This document shows, in pieces, positions 17,906 to 26,398 of a stretch of 64,000 nucleotides of DNA. The DNA is taken from contig PCXY01000003.1 in the NCBI GenBank assembly GCA_002762785.1, positions 3,317-67,316 on the forward strand, written 5' to 3'. A program made the translations under genes and the position numbers. The stretch is from Candidatus Woesearchaeota archaeon CG10_big_fil_rev_8_21_14_0_10_45_16 (GTDB lineage Archaea; Nanobdellota; Nanobdellia; Woesearchaeales; GW2011-AR9). The notes beneath the pieces were generated by a model. The model was not told the origin of the DNA and made no database searches. It saw only the letters and a program-made list of their open reading frames with translations. The number at the start of each line of letters is the position of its first letter. The stretch's first letter is position 1.

Positions 17906-18569
17906 ATCTTCTCTTCCCAAACTCGCAGTACTTCAGCACCGGACATTCTTTGCATTTCGGATTGATAGGCAGACAGATCCGCTGGCCGTGATCGACCAGT
18001 AACATATTAACTTTGTTCCATGAATCTCTGGGAACGATCGCCATCAATCTCTCTTCAGATTCTTCTGGCGTTTTAGTGCTTATCCAGCCTAGCCTGTTAG
18101 AGATGCGATGCACGTGGACATCGACGGCGATAGCTGGTTTGTTGAAAACGTAGCTGAGCATGCAGTTAGCTGTTTTCCTGCCAACGCCGGGCAAGGTAGT
18201 CATCTCTTCTAACGTATCTGGAACTTTTCCGTCAAACTTTTCTAATAGGATCCTACATAACTCTTTCACATGCTTGGTCTTGACTTTATAGAACCCGATG
18301 CGGTACAGCTTCTTCTCTAGTTCTGCATCTGAGAGTTTCAAGATCTCTTTCGGCCCCGGATATTTCTGGAACAGATCCTTCACGACAGGAATTACGGTCA
18401 CGTCCTTTGTCCTGGCGCTTAGCAACGTAGCTACTAGCCTCTGGAAAGGTGTGTAATCTTTGAGCATCTCCAGCATCGTCGGTTGATGGGTTTTCTCAAG
18501 GACGGAAAGGACTTTGATGATTTCAACGGCCATCACTTCAAGAATATTTTTCCCTTTATAATTATTCAC
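17877..18569 (-). CDS. nth: endonuclease III (DNA glycosylase/AP lyase)
   Basis: HhH 'LPGVGRKTANCML' and Fe-S cluster 'C-x6-C-x2-C-x5-C' (CLPINPKCKECPVLKYC). Confidence 0.9.
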   Translation of the reverse strand: MNNYKGKNILEVMAVEIIKVLSVLEKTHQPTMLEMLKDYTPFQRLVATLLSARTKDVTVIPVVKDLFQKYPGPKEILKLSDAELEKKLYRIGFYKVKTKHVKELCRILLEKFDGKVPDTLEEMTTLPGVGRKTANCMLSYVFNKPAIAVDVHVHRISNRLGWISTKTPEESEERLMAIVPRDSWNKVNMLLVDHGQRICLPINPKCKECPVLKYCEFGKRRFTSSRSHIA

Positions 18570-19666
18570 ACGAACAGCAGCACGATCCCAACCACTAACA
18601 ATACACAGCTGACGATGAAACTGGCAACTTTATGCTGATGCCGCATGAACCGTTCTTTCTTGTCATCCTGGACTTCAGCCAACTTGTCATCAAGACGTTC
18701 CTGGATAGTATAGACGACCAGGCCGCTGACGATGAACAGCCACAGTAGCAATATTGAGTAATACAATAATAATGGTATGGTCGTCAGCATCATCCCTGAT
18801 CGTAAAGTAAGGTTCTGCAGAGAGATGAACGTGATGCTGCGGATAGACAAAGCCAGATAACTGCCGACAGCTCCCAGAACAGCTATGCCTGGTAATGTCG
18901 TGAAGAACTTTACCTTCTCAAGTACTTTCTGCCTGGTCTCCTGGCTTAGGACCTCTTTACGGTTAAAGAAACTGCGGATATGGAGGATACCGATGAGGAT
19001 GGCGATCACGCCTATAGATTTGCTAAAGATCAGAGCCATGTCTGGAGAGGTGATACGCGGCAGCATCTTAAAGCCGTACAATACCTGCACCAGGAAGACG
19101 CCTAGCAGTCCATAGAGGAGCCTCTTACGGTAAATATTACGCTGCGGAGTCACCATGATCAATAATAATGATACTAAGAACAGAGCTAGCATCGCCGGTC
19201 GGAAACTGTCTTTCACGGCAGCGACCGACACGCGCCAGACGGAGATGGTATCACGGACATCGGAAGGATCTTTCTCTGCCACCAAGCCAACTCCAACATA
19301 TTCGGAAGAACAGCCTTCATCAACGGTCTTCTTGATGTGTTCTTCTAAAACAGCCGGTTCAGATTGGTTGCCGATAAAATAGGCGTCGTCGATGAAGACA
19401 GCCGGCAGGCCTCTCGAATTCTCTGGGACCAGATAACGGCGGAAATATTCATCTAACAATTTCTCGTTCTCCTCATCAAGATAAGCTTCATGGATCTCCA
19501 CCTGCCCAGGATAGCGTTCCTGCATCAGGTTCATGAACCCATTGAGGCTCTGGCACTGCACACAGTTTTCTCCATAAAAATAAGCTACACAAGAATCTTC
19601 AGCAGCGCTGACAGCCGTAATTGAAAGCAATAATAGTCCCAGTAACAAAGCGATTCTGTGTTTCAT
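18566..19666 (-). CDS. polytopic membrane protein with extracytoplasmic thioredoxin-like CxxC domain
   Basis: Signal peptide, 'FYGENCVQCQ', then about 7 TM helices. Divergent from the thioredoxin gene. Confidence 0.55.
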   Translation of the reverse strand: MKHRIALLLGLLLLSITAVSAAEDSCVAYFYGENCVQCQSLNGFMNLMQERYPGQVEIHEAYLDEENEKLLDEYFRRYLVPENSRGLPAVFIDDAYFIGNQSEPAVLEEHIKKTVDEGCSSEYVGVGLVAEKDPSDVRDTISVWRVSVAAVKDSFRPAMLALFLVSLLLIMVTPQRNIYRKRLLYGLLGVFLVQVLYGFKMLPRITSPDMALIFSKSIGVIAILIGILHIRSFFNRKEVLSQETRQKVLEKVKFFTTLPGIAVLGAVGSYLALSIRSITFISLQNLTLRSGMMLTTIPLLLYYSILLLWLFIVSGLVVYTIQERLDDKLAEVQDDKKERFMRHQHKVASFIVSCVLLVVGIVLLFV

Positions 19667-19774
19667 CCTCTTTTTATGTCAGAACTAAGGAGAAGTTGTT
19701 TATAAACGTTGCGGGATGCTGTAGAAAGACAGATAAAACCCTGCTCATTCCACCTAAAAAAAAGACACGAGGTT

Positions 19775-20107
19775 ATGAAAATGGTTCTCGAACTGACTAA
19801 AGATTCATTTGAAACAGAAGTATTAAAATCAGAAACTCCGGTTATCGTCGATTTCTGGGCATCCTGGTGCGGTCCCTGTAAGATGCTGGCTCCCGTCTTT
19901 GAGGAAGTAAGCAAAGAGTACGAAGGGAAACTGAAATTCGCCAAGATCTCTACGGAAGACTTCCCTGAGATCGCTGGAGAGAACATGATCACTGGCATCC
20001 CTTGTTTGTTAGTCTTTAATAAAGGTGAAGAAGTCGATAGGATCGTCGGCTTTAACCCTAAAGATGCCCTGAAAAAGAAGATTGATGCTGTTTTGGCAAA
20101 AATTTAA
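19775..20107 (+). CDS. trxA: thioredoxin
   Basis: '[16 protein letters not shown]'. ATG at 19775 preceded by GAGGT. The ORF-track TTG start at 19709 is less likely. Confidence 0.9.
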   Translation: MKMVLELTKDSFETEVLKSETPVIVDFWASWCGPCKMLAPVFEEVSKEYEGKLKFAKISTEDFPEIAGENMITGIPCLLVFNKGEEVDRIVGFNPKDALKKKIDAVLAKI

Positions 20108-20123
20108 TTTTTTTTCTTATACT

Positions 20124-20263
20124 AAAAAATTTCGATAGGAATTTTTAGTGGGGTACAATACCCCGACCTTCAGATCGAAATTTTTGGTATCACAAAAATC
20201 TGCTGTAAGAGAAAGTGTTCTACACTGTCTTTTAGGGGAGTAGAACACTTTCAGTAGATTTTT
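20124..20263 (+). other. two consecutive long hairpins (candidate structured RNA or palindromic elements)
   Basis: HP1: AAAAATTTCGAT (20125-20136) pairs with ATCGAAATTTTT (20174-20185) and encloses GGGGTA-CAA-TACCCC. HP2: AAAAATCTGCTG/CAGTAGATTTTT (one mismatch) plus the perfect 13-bp stem GAAAGTGTTCTAC (20211-20223) / GTAGAACACTTTC (20240-20252). Confidence 0.6.
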
Positions 20264-20264
20264 C

Positions 20265-20660
20265 ATGATAATTTTAAATAAACTTGAGTTTTTTTACGTA
20301 AGTATGAACTATTCTGCCTTATTATTGACTGCTGTTTTGATGGCACCTCAATTGACCAGGACACCTAGTGAACGGATTGTCATGAAACTGGAAGGCGAGT
20401 CGTTTATCTTTAGAAAGACTACTCCTGGTGGTCTTTGCACTCTCGTCTTTGACCTAAAAAATTATCCGGAGGTGCCGCCACGAGAGTCTGAAAATCATCA
20501 TTTGATGAACCTTTATACTTTTGCAGGTTACGTCCATAGTTGTTTGGGCGGCCGGCTGCCCAGTGATTCGTCTAGTCTGGATCGACGCTTGATGCGAATA
20601 TTCGACCCTAAAGCTAATACTTTATCCGTCTATGCGCCGTTTGTGTCACAATCTTTATAA
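20265..20660 (+). CDS. small hypothetical secreted protein
   Basis: Hydrophobic N-terminus 'YSALLLTAVLMAP'. The start may be the internal Met at 20304. Confidence 0.4.
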   Translation: MIILNKLEFFYVSMNYSALLLTAVLMAPQLTRTPSERIVMKLEGESFIFRKTTPGGLCTLVFDLKNYPEVPPRESENHHLMNLYTFAGYVHSCLGGRLPSDSSSLDRRLMRIFDPKANTLSVYAPFVSQSL

Positions 20661-20683
20661 TAAAGCTGCTTCTGGGCTAGGTT

Positions 20684-21121
20684 ATGCGCAATTATGCAAT
20701 CCCTTTGGCTTTTGCAACCTCATATCTTCTCTCTCCAGCCAGAGCTGATTTTCAAGCGGAGAAATGTCCGCCTGGCTTAGAGATGTTAGTAGAGCCGCTT
20801 GAAGGGCAAAGAGTTCTTTTTGTCTATCGCTCTCCTCCTGAATGCAGCCCATGTGAAGTTTATCTTCCATTAAGCAGTTACCCTCACTTTAAAGAGATGA
20901 GTGGAGCTGATTTTGCCAGAGCAGCAGCGATGATCTATGGCCTTACCTGCTTGACAAAGGATCAGCAGCATCAGACCACTCCAGAAAAGCTGATTCCCCA
21001 TCTGGGTCTCAGCTTTGATTCCTCCACACAAAGGATCAAGATTTCCCTTGAGACAGATAAATTCTTAAATGGTGGAAAAGTATCTAGTAAAAATGGCAAA
21101 ACTACTCGCCCAAGGCGCTGA
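20684..21121 (+). CDS. hypothetical secreted protein
   Basis: Signal-like 'AIPLAFATSYLLSPARA'. The 3' end overlaps bud32. Confidence 0.4.
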   Translation: MRNYAIPLAFATSYLLSPARADFQAEKCPPGLEMLVEPLEGQRVLFVYRSPPECSPCEVYLPLSSYPHFKEMSGADFARAAAMIYGLTCLTKDQQHQTTPEKLIPHLGLSFDSSTQRIKISLETDKFLNGGKVSSKNGKTTRPRR

Positions 21122-21707
21122 AGCCAAGATCTTCAAGGACAATAACAGTATTATCAAGGAACGGTTCAGCAAGGAATATAGGCTGGAGCATCTTGATCAT
21201 GCCTTACGGCAGTTCCGTACCCGGCGGGAAGCCAAAGTCCTGGGCAAGTTGGCCGATATCAATTTTCCTGCTCCTCATCTTCAGAATTTCTCCGACAAAC
21301 GTATGTCTATCGTCATGGATTTCGTCCCTGGCGAGAAGCTGAAAGACGTCCTTCTTCGAGGCGATGAATGTGGGCGGTTTGCCCAGGAGATGGGAGAGAA
21401 GATCGGTAAACTTCACGCTGAAAATATCATCCATGGTGATTTGACGACATCTAACCTGATCCTCCACGAACAGACCAAAGAATTAAACTTTATCGACTTT
21501 GGTCTTTCTTCTTTCTCAGACAAGATAGAAGATAAGGCTGTTGACCTGTTCTTGTTAGAAAGATCATTACAAAGCACCCATTACGATAAGCCGGAGATGT
21601 TTGAGAAGATCGTGGAAAGCTATCGTGAAAGCAGCCCTCAGGCAGCTGAAGTTTTGGAGCGGTTGCAAGCTGTCCAGAAAAGAGGAAGAAATAAAGCAAA
21701 AGAGTGA
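21093..21707 (+). CDS. bud32: Bud32/PRPK atypical kinase (KEOPS subunit), stand-alone
   Basis: 'AQGAEAKIF', 'IIHGDLTTSNLIL', 'IDFGLS'. ORF track start 21069; the Met at 21093 gives the typical N-terminus. Confidence 0.8.
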   Translation: MAKLLAQGAEAKIFKDNNSIIKERFSKEYRLEHLDHALRQFRTRREAKVLGKLADINFPAPHLQNFSDKRMSIVMDFVPGEKLKDVLLRGDECGRFAQEMGEKIGKLHAENIIHGDLTTSNLILHEQTKELNFIDFGLSSFSDKIEDKAVDLFLLERSLQSTHYDKPEMFEKIVESYRESSPQAAEVLERLQAVQKRGRNKAKE

Positions 21708-21719
21708 TGAGATGATTGC

Positions 21720-22076
21720 ATGGATAGGTCACCCGATTCAGGTTTTTCTGTTGGAGGAAGTTCTTTAGAAAGTTGTTTAGTGCCGGATAGGGTTAATCTT
21801 TTAGAACTTGCTTTGAGACGAAAATTGACTATTCAAGATAGAGAGATGAGGGAACATTGTTGGTACCGGGGTCAAGAAGCTGGTCACACCGTCGATCCTG
21901 ATCAAGCTGCCCTTGATTATGTTATCAATCATGGTAAAAGGTTCAGTGACGTTTTTGACGCCAACGCTCAAAATATCTATGCTAATTGTGATACTACCTG
22001 TGGAGTAAATTACTGCAGAGGGATTAGCAACTGTCCATTGACCAACGAACAGATCCATGAACTGTTGGGAGATTAG
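21720..22076 (+). CDS. hypothetical protein
   Basis: ORF only. 'EHCWYRGQEAGHTVDPDQAALDYVINH' looks like a conserved motif, but I cannot name the family. Confidence 0.4.
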   Translation: MDRSPDSGFSVGGSSLESCLVPDRVNLLELALRRKLTIQDREMREHCWYRGQEAGHTVDPDQAALDYVINHGKRFSDVFDANAQNIYANCDTTCGVNYCRGISNCPLTNEQIHELLGD

Positions 22077-22095
22077 ACTGTAATTTGTCAGATGA

Positions 22096-22755
22096 TTACA
22101 GCCACTTCGTGGCCACGGTGCCCGGTCCCCTTCTGCCGACGGTCGGTCCGTCATTATAAAATAATCCGGCTTTGCTCATGTTTTCTCGTCCTAGTCTGGC
22201 GCAGGAGTATGTCGCCAAGATGGCCGAATCGCTCATGACCCGGTACATCTGCTCAAATAGTGAAGTATCCCACATTTCCGGCATCGTCTTTGGTGAAAAA
22301 GGATCAAAGAACACGGCATCGAAGTGATTCTCAGATAATTGTTTCACGGTTTCCCGAGCATCTCCAAGAAGAATCTTTACTGACACTTTACCTTCTTTAA
22401 ATTTTAGATTATCTTTGGTCAATTTTTTATAATGTGTAAAAAAAGCTATCGGCGGATCGATCTCCTGCATCTTCTGGATGATCTCGGGGTCATTTTCCAG
22501 ACCGATCACTTCAATCTCACAGTCAGGATTCTCTTTTAGAGCAATGTCAATAGCCATGGCTGAATTATAACCTATACCAAAGAAAGCGTCTAAAATCCTG
22601 ATCTTTCCACTTTTCGCTTTCTCAGCGATCTTGCAGGGGATAGCATACTTCTTCAACGCTTCTTCTACCGCTCCAGTCTGGGAATGGTAGCTTTCGCCGA
22701 CAGTCTCGTTCAGAAATGTTTCGGTGTTGTCGGCAGTAGTTATCTTACGTATCAT
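22096..22755 (-). CDS. SAM-dependent methyltransferase of the MnmC-like (DUF752) type
   Basis: 'ESYHSQTGA', 'ILDAFFGIGYN', 'DAVFFDPFSPKTMPEMW'. Confidence 0.6.
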   Translation of the reverse strand: MIRKITTADNTETFLNETVGESYHSQTGAVEEALKKYAIPCKIAEKAKSGKIRILDAFFGIGYNSAMAIDIALKENPDCEIEVIGLENDPEIIQKMQEIDPPIAFFTHYKKLTKDNLKFKEGKVSVKILLGDARETVKQLSENHFDAVFFDPFSPKTMPEMWDTSLFEQMYRVMSDSAILATYSCARLGRENMSKAGLFYNDGPTVGRRGPGTVATKWL

Positions 22756-22786
22756 TACTTCTCTAGATCAAAGTCGTTTTAAATAG

Positions 22787-23071
22787 TTAACGGCGAATTT
22801 TACTTTTTTTCTCGTTCATCCTGAAATAGGAAAAGATGCCGATGTAAGCAAGAGTGGTCTCGATAGCGATGATATATTTGATTATCAAAGGCCCTTGATC
22901 GATAAGGATGGCATAGATCAAAGCGATTATATTTGCTACCAGAAAGATGACGAATAATAATAGGCTGACCCCTTTTGTGTCTTGCGACCGCAAAGTCCTG
23001 ACCATCTGCGGGATGATCATTATTGAAAACAGGAACGTAGCTGTCCAGCCTAAAATTTGCGCGATATCCAT
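22787..23071 (-). CDS. SemiSWEET / PQ-loop 3-TM transporter
   Basis: 94 aa, three TM helices, 'IPQMVRTLRSQDTKGVSL' PQ motif after TM1. Confidence 0.6.
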   Translation of the reverse strand: MDIAQILGWTATFLFSIMIIPQMVRTLRSQDTKGVSLLLFVIFLVANIIALIYAILIDQGPLIIKYIIAIETTLAYIGIFSYFRMNEKKSKIRR

Positions 23072-23072
23072 C

Positions 23073-23696
23073 TTATGCTTTCTCGGCCCGCCCTTTCCTT
23101 ATTAAAAGTTCTGCAACTTCAGGAAAGATCTCTGTTTCTTCATCCTCTTCAAAAGGCCCGTAGTTCTTGAGGTCTTTCCAGACAAAACTGGGAGTAGCAT
23201 GTAAAAACCTGATCTTGGTCAAGCCTTCTTCTTTAGGTTCTTCTTTCACCACTTTTGGCACTGCCTTCTTCTCTTGAACATTTGGCAGATCGCCTTTCAA
23301 TAAAGTCAGCAAAACTCCTGTCCGTTGCTCATCTAGTCTTGATAGTATCTGGTTATAGAACTCCTTCTCTTCAGCCAGCATATAGCTGGTGTCGATGATA
23401 TCGGAGCCGGTGCGGCTCTTGTTCAATGCGATGTCGATGATCTTCTTCTCTCGTTTCTCATAGATCTCTTTTAAGATACGTTTGATACTTTTTAGTTCAT
23501 ATTCTACTTTCTCTTTCTCGCTGGCGGCAAAGATGCTCTCACTTTCCGTCTTAAGGTCAAGAAGGCCTTTCTTTTCTCTGAGATAAGTGGCTACGTCCAT
23601 GAAAAAAGAAGCTTCCAGCTCCTGCAGGTCGTCCCTCTTCTTTTCGTTTCGTAGAATATCGTACAACGTCTCTAACGTAATCTTTATTTCTCCCAT
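23073..23696 (-). CDS. GINS-like replication factor (Gins51/Sld5-like)
   Basis: N-terminal 'LYDILRNEKKRDDLQELEASFFMDVATYL' resembles the archaeal GINS A-domain. Recall-based only. Confidence 0.45.
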   Translation of the reverse strand: MGEIKITLETLYDILRNEKKRDDLQELEASFFMDVATYLREKKGLLDLKTESESIFAASEKEKVEYELKSIKRILKEIYEKREKKIIDIALNKSRTGSDIIDTSYMLAEEKEFYNQILSRLDEQRTGVLLTLLKGDLPNVQEKKAVPKVVKEEPKEEGLTKIRFLHATPSFVWKDLKNYGPFEEDEETEIFPEVAELLIRKGRAEKA

Positions 23697-23795
23697 CCCC
23701 AGGAAGCTCGAGGAATTGCTGCTTTTTAAAGTTTTCCAGCTGTTTGAACACTATGGTAAGAAAGATACTTAAACTCTAATTGGCCTATCTGGGGC

Positions 23796-24029
23796 ATGGA
23801 TATTAACCCACATATCATCAATAAAACCCTTTCTCTGAAAGTTATACCTAATTCCGGTCGTAATGAGCTTATTGAAGAGAATAATTCGTTAAGACTTTAT
23901 ATCAAAGCCATTCCAGATAAGAACAAAGCTAATTTAGAAGTTATCAAATTCTTCAAGAAGGAATTCAACCTGCGGGTGGAGATAGTTTCCGGATTGAAGA
24001 GCCGGGAGAAAAGGCTGAAAGTTTTGTGA
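23796..24029 (+). CDS. DUF167/YggU-family protein
   Basis: 'KAIPDKNKANLEVIKFFKK' ... 'VEIVSGLKSREKRLKV' matches the UPF0235 pattern. Confidence 0.65.
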   Translation: MDINPHIINKTLSLKVIPNSGRNELIEENNSLRLYIKAIPDKNKANLEVIKFFKKEFNLRVEIVSGLKSREKRLKVL

Positions 24030-24033
24030 GTTA

Positions 24034-25062
24034 TCACTGATTAGAATACTTCTCTATCTGCTTGTTGAGGATCTCCAGCTTTATGCCTGCTTCTTTGAAC
24101 AATCGGTGTGAATCCCCGCCGGCATGGTAATCGTTCTCAGCTACGACCTTGACGACACCAGCGTTGATGATCATCTTGGCGCAGACATAGCAGGGAGTCA
24201 TCCGGCAGTATAATGTAGAGCCCTGGATCGGGATCCCTCTTCTGGCGGCCTGACAGATGGCGTTCTGTTCGGCATGGGTCGTCCGTACGCAATGGTTGCT
24301 CTGATGCCCATCTTCATGGATGGTCGCTTTCATCTGGTGGCCGATCTCGTCGCAATGGGCGACACCTAAAGGACTGCCAACATAACCAGTTACCATGATC
24401 TGTTTATCTCTGGCAATAACACAACCGCTTCTTCCTCTATCGCAGGTAGCTCTCCTGGCCACGGATTGGGCGATACCCATGAAATATTCATCCCAGCTGG
24501 GGCGTTTGTGAAATCTCTTTCGGAGATCTGATAATAAGTTGTCAACTTTTTCATACAACCCTTCGATACTACTATCATTCTTGATGACGATCTTCGCCAG
24601 CTTGATGCATTTATGGAGCTGCTGCTTATTAGGGTCACTGCTTTTCTCCTGTTTCTCTTTTGCTTCCAGTTCTGCCAGAGTTTCCGGGTCGCCTTCTCGG
24701 GCCCTTCTCTGGATCCAGCTGAAACGGTTCTTGACATCTGCATCGATATTGATAAGGACAAAGTCAGGGATCTTCTTTAAGATATCGATCTCTACCGGAT
24801 TTCTGATAGAAGTCAGCACGTAATCTTTATTGGCTTCTAGCTTTGCTTTGACTCTTGCGGCAAAGACGCCAGGGCCTTCTTTCCTTCGCAGCTCATTAGC
24901 AAGAGAGATCATGTTATCTCGGCTCATCTTCATCTGCCGCTTCCGGCATTCCTCACGGATCTCATCTGAAAGAGAATAATGTACGAAACCTTGTCTTTTC
25001 TCAAGGTATTCCGCAAGGGTATCTTTGCCAGCAGCATACAAGCCAGTAACTCCGATTATCAT
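24034..25062 (-). CDS. fusion of a P-loop nucleotide kinase-like domain with dCMP deaminase
   Basis: N-terminal 'IGVTGLYAAGKDT'. C-terminal zinc motifs 'HAEQNAI' and 'PCYVCAKMI'. Confidence 0.75.
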   Translation of the reverse strand: MIIGVTGLYAAGKDTLAEYLEKRQGFVHYSLSDEIREECRKRQMKMSRDNMISLANELRRKEGPGVFAARVKAKLEANKDYVLTSIRNPVEIDILKKIPDFVLINIDADVKNRFSWIQRRAREGDPETLAELEAKEKQEKSSDPNKQQLHKCIKLAKIVIKNDSSIEGLYEKVDNLLSDLRKRFHKRPSWDEYFMGIAQSVARRATCDRGRSGCVIARDKQIMVTGYVGSPLGVAHCDEIGHQMKATIHEDGHQSNHCVRTTHAEQNAICQAARRGIPIQGSTLYCRMTPCYVCAKMIINAGVVKVVAENDYHAGGDSHRLFKEAGIKLEILNKQIEKYSNQ

Positions 25063-25139
25063 GCTGCTCTTTCAACCAGAGCCATATAAATTAATTGTGA
25101 TGGTTGAATGGCTGTTCTGTAATCAGGATATTGGAAATG

Positions 25140-25147
25140 TTTATAAA
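25140..25147 (+). promoter_or_regulatory. TATA box TTTATAAA
   Basis: 24 nt upstream of the ATG at 25172. Confidence 0.55.
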
Positions 25148-25171
25148 TAATTACTTTTTAGTAACTACAAA

Positions 25172-25513
25172 ATGACTCAAGGCATATTGGCATCGATGGC
25201 TTTAGGATCTCGGTTTCGTCACCAGATTGACGATAGATACACGCTTCTTGGTAACTACTGGGAGCGCGAGAACAATGGACATCCCGGAACCTATCTCGCT
25301 AGCTCTTTAGAGGCATGGGTAGACATTCACGATGGAAAGCTGCCGGGAGAAGTTGAGGCTGTCATTCCAAGTAATAGGGCTGATTTTTTTCAGCGGTACC
25401 AAAGGATGGGAAGACTAGTAGCAGTAGAATCAGAAAGAAAGTTTCCAGAAGGCGATCCTTGCAGCCGTATCCCAGAACAATACCGCTTCTTTGAAGTTTA
25501 TAGGAAAAAATGA
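25172..25513 (+). CDS. hypothetical protein
   Basis: ORF with TATA. Ends in 'IPEQYRFFEVY'. Confidence 0.5.
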   Translation: MTQGILASMALGSRFRHQIDDRYTLLGNYWERENNGHPGTYLASSLEAWVDIHDGKLPGEVEAVIPSNRADFFQRYQRMGRLVAVESERKFPEGDPCSRIPEQYRFFEVYRKK

Positions 25514-25914
25514 ATGCATTATTTTCTCGTATCCCGCTTTGTATGCTGAGCGCGCTTCCTCCTCGACAAGAGGATTCACGTCTTATAGATCATCTCTATC
25601 AGCATATCAATCTTCCAACTACAATCTACCCTGCTTTTGAACTTGAAAGATTTGTCGCCAGGTTCAATTTTGACCCAGCCGGCCATGATCTTAACAGAGA
25701 ACCGTACCTTGAGGCAAGACTGTTCAACTGGCATGACTTTTTATCTGGAATACAAGGCCATCTCCAAGCTGCAGAAAGAGCGCTGCCTTCATCAATAAAT
25801 GAAAAAAGAGATAGATATATCCGGCCCAACTACCGTTTCTATGAGGTTCATACTGCTGGTAATGTAGAGCTTACGGCTGAAGGTATGAGATTTTCCCCTG
25901 CAGTCTCTGTCTGA
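25510..25914 (+). CDS. hypothetical protein
   Basis: ATGA overlap with the upstream gene. Contains 'IRPNYRFYEVH', similar to the C-terminus of the upstream ORF. Confidence 0.5.
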   Translation: MNALFSRIPLCMLSALPPRQEDSRLIDHLYQHINLPTTIYPAFELERFVARFNFDPAGHDLNREPYLEARLFNWHDFLSGIQGHLQAAERALPSSINEKRDRYIRPNYRFYEVHTAGNVELTAEGMRFSPAVSV

Positions 25915-26341
25915 CGATCTGTCCGATACTTCTGCTAAGATCATCTTGGGGTACTCTCTTCCCTATCATTATCCCATAACAAGCCGTGCCGTCAACATTT
26001 ACTGGAGAAGAATCTTCTACAAGAGTGAAATGACCTGGATATGACGTTTGCAGCCAACTAACTTGTTCAGGTAAAAGACTGTTCCCATACCTGTTGACTT
26101 CTGCCGATTTCAGATCTCTTCCTAGCTGGCGTTCCAAGTCAGCTAAAGCAGCATCGTTTGCGTCTCGCACCAGGTTTGGGGTCGCCTCACCAGCTTTCCC
26201 GCAATAGATACCGATACCAACTCTTCCCTGAAGTCCGGTACTTTGAGTTCCATGTCTTTCAACAGGTTCTTGAGCGGAACAACCGGAAATAAGAAGCAAT
26301 CCGGATAAAGCGATGTTTCTTGCAGTATATGCTGGGTTCAT
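25871..26341 (-). CDS. putative lipoprotein
   Basis: 'LSGLLLISGCSAQ' lipobox-like signal. Confidence 0.5.
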   Translation of the reverse strand: MNPAYTARNIALSGLLLISGCSAQEPVERHGTQSTGLQGRVGIGIYCGKAGEATPNLVRDANDAALADLERQLGRDLKSAEVNRYGNSLLPEQVSWLQTSYPGHFTLVEDSSPVNVDGTACYGIMIGKRVPQDDLSRSIGQIVRQRLQGKISYLQP

Positions 26342-26398
26342 GGTCTTGCTTCGGGACGGTTCCTCTTTAAAAGGTTTATGAAGAAATCTGATTGATGC

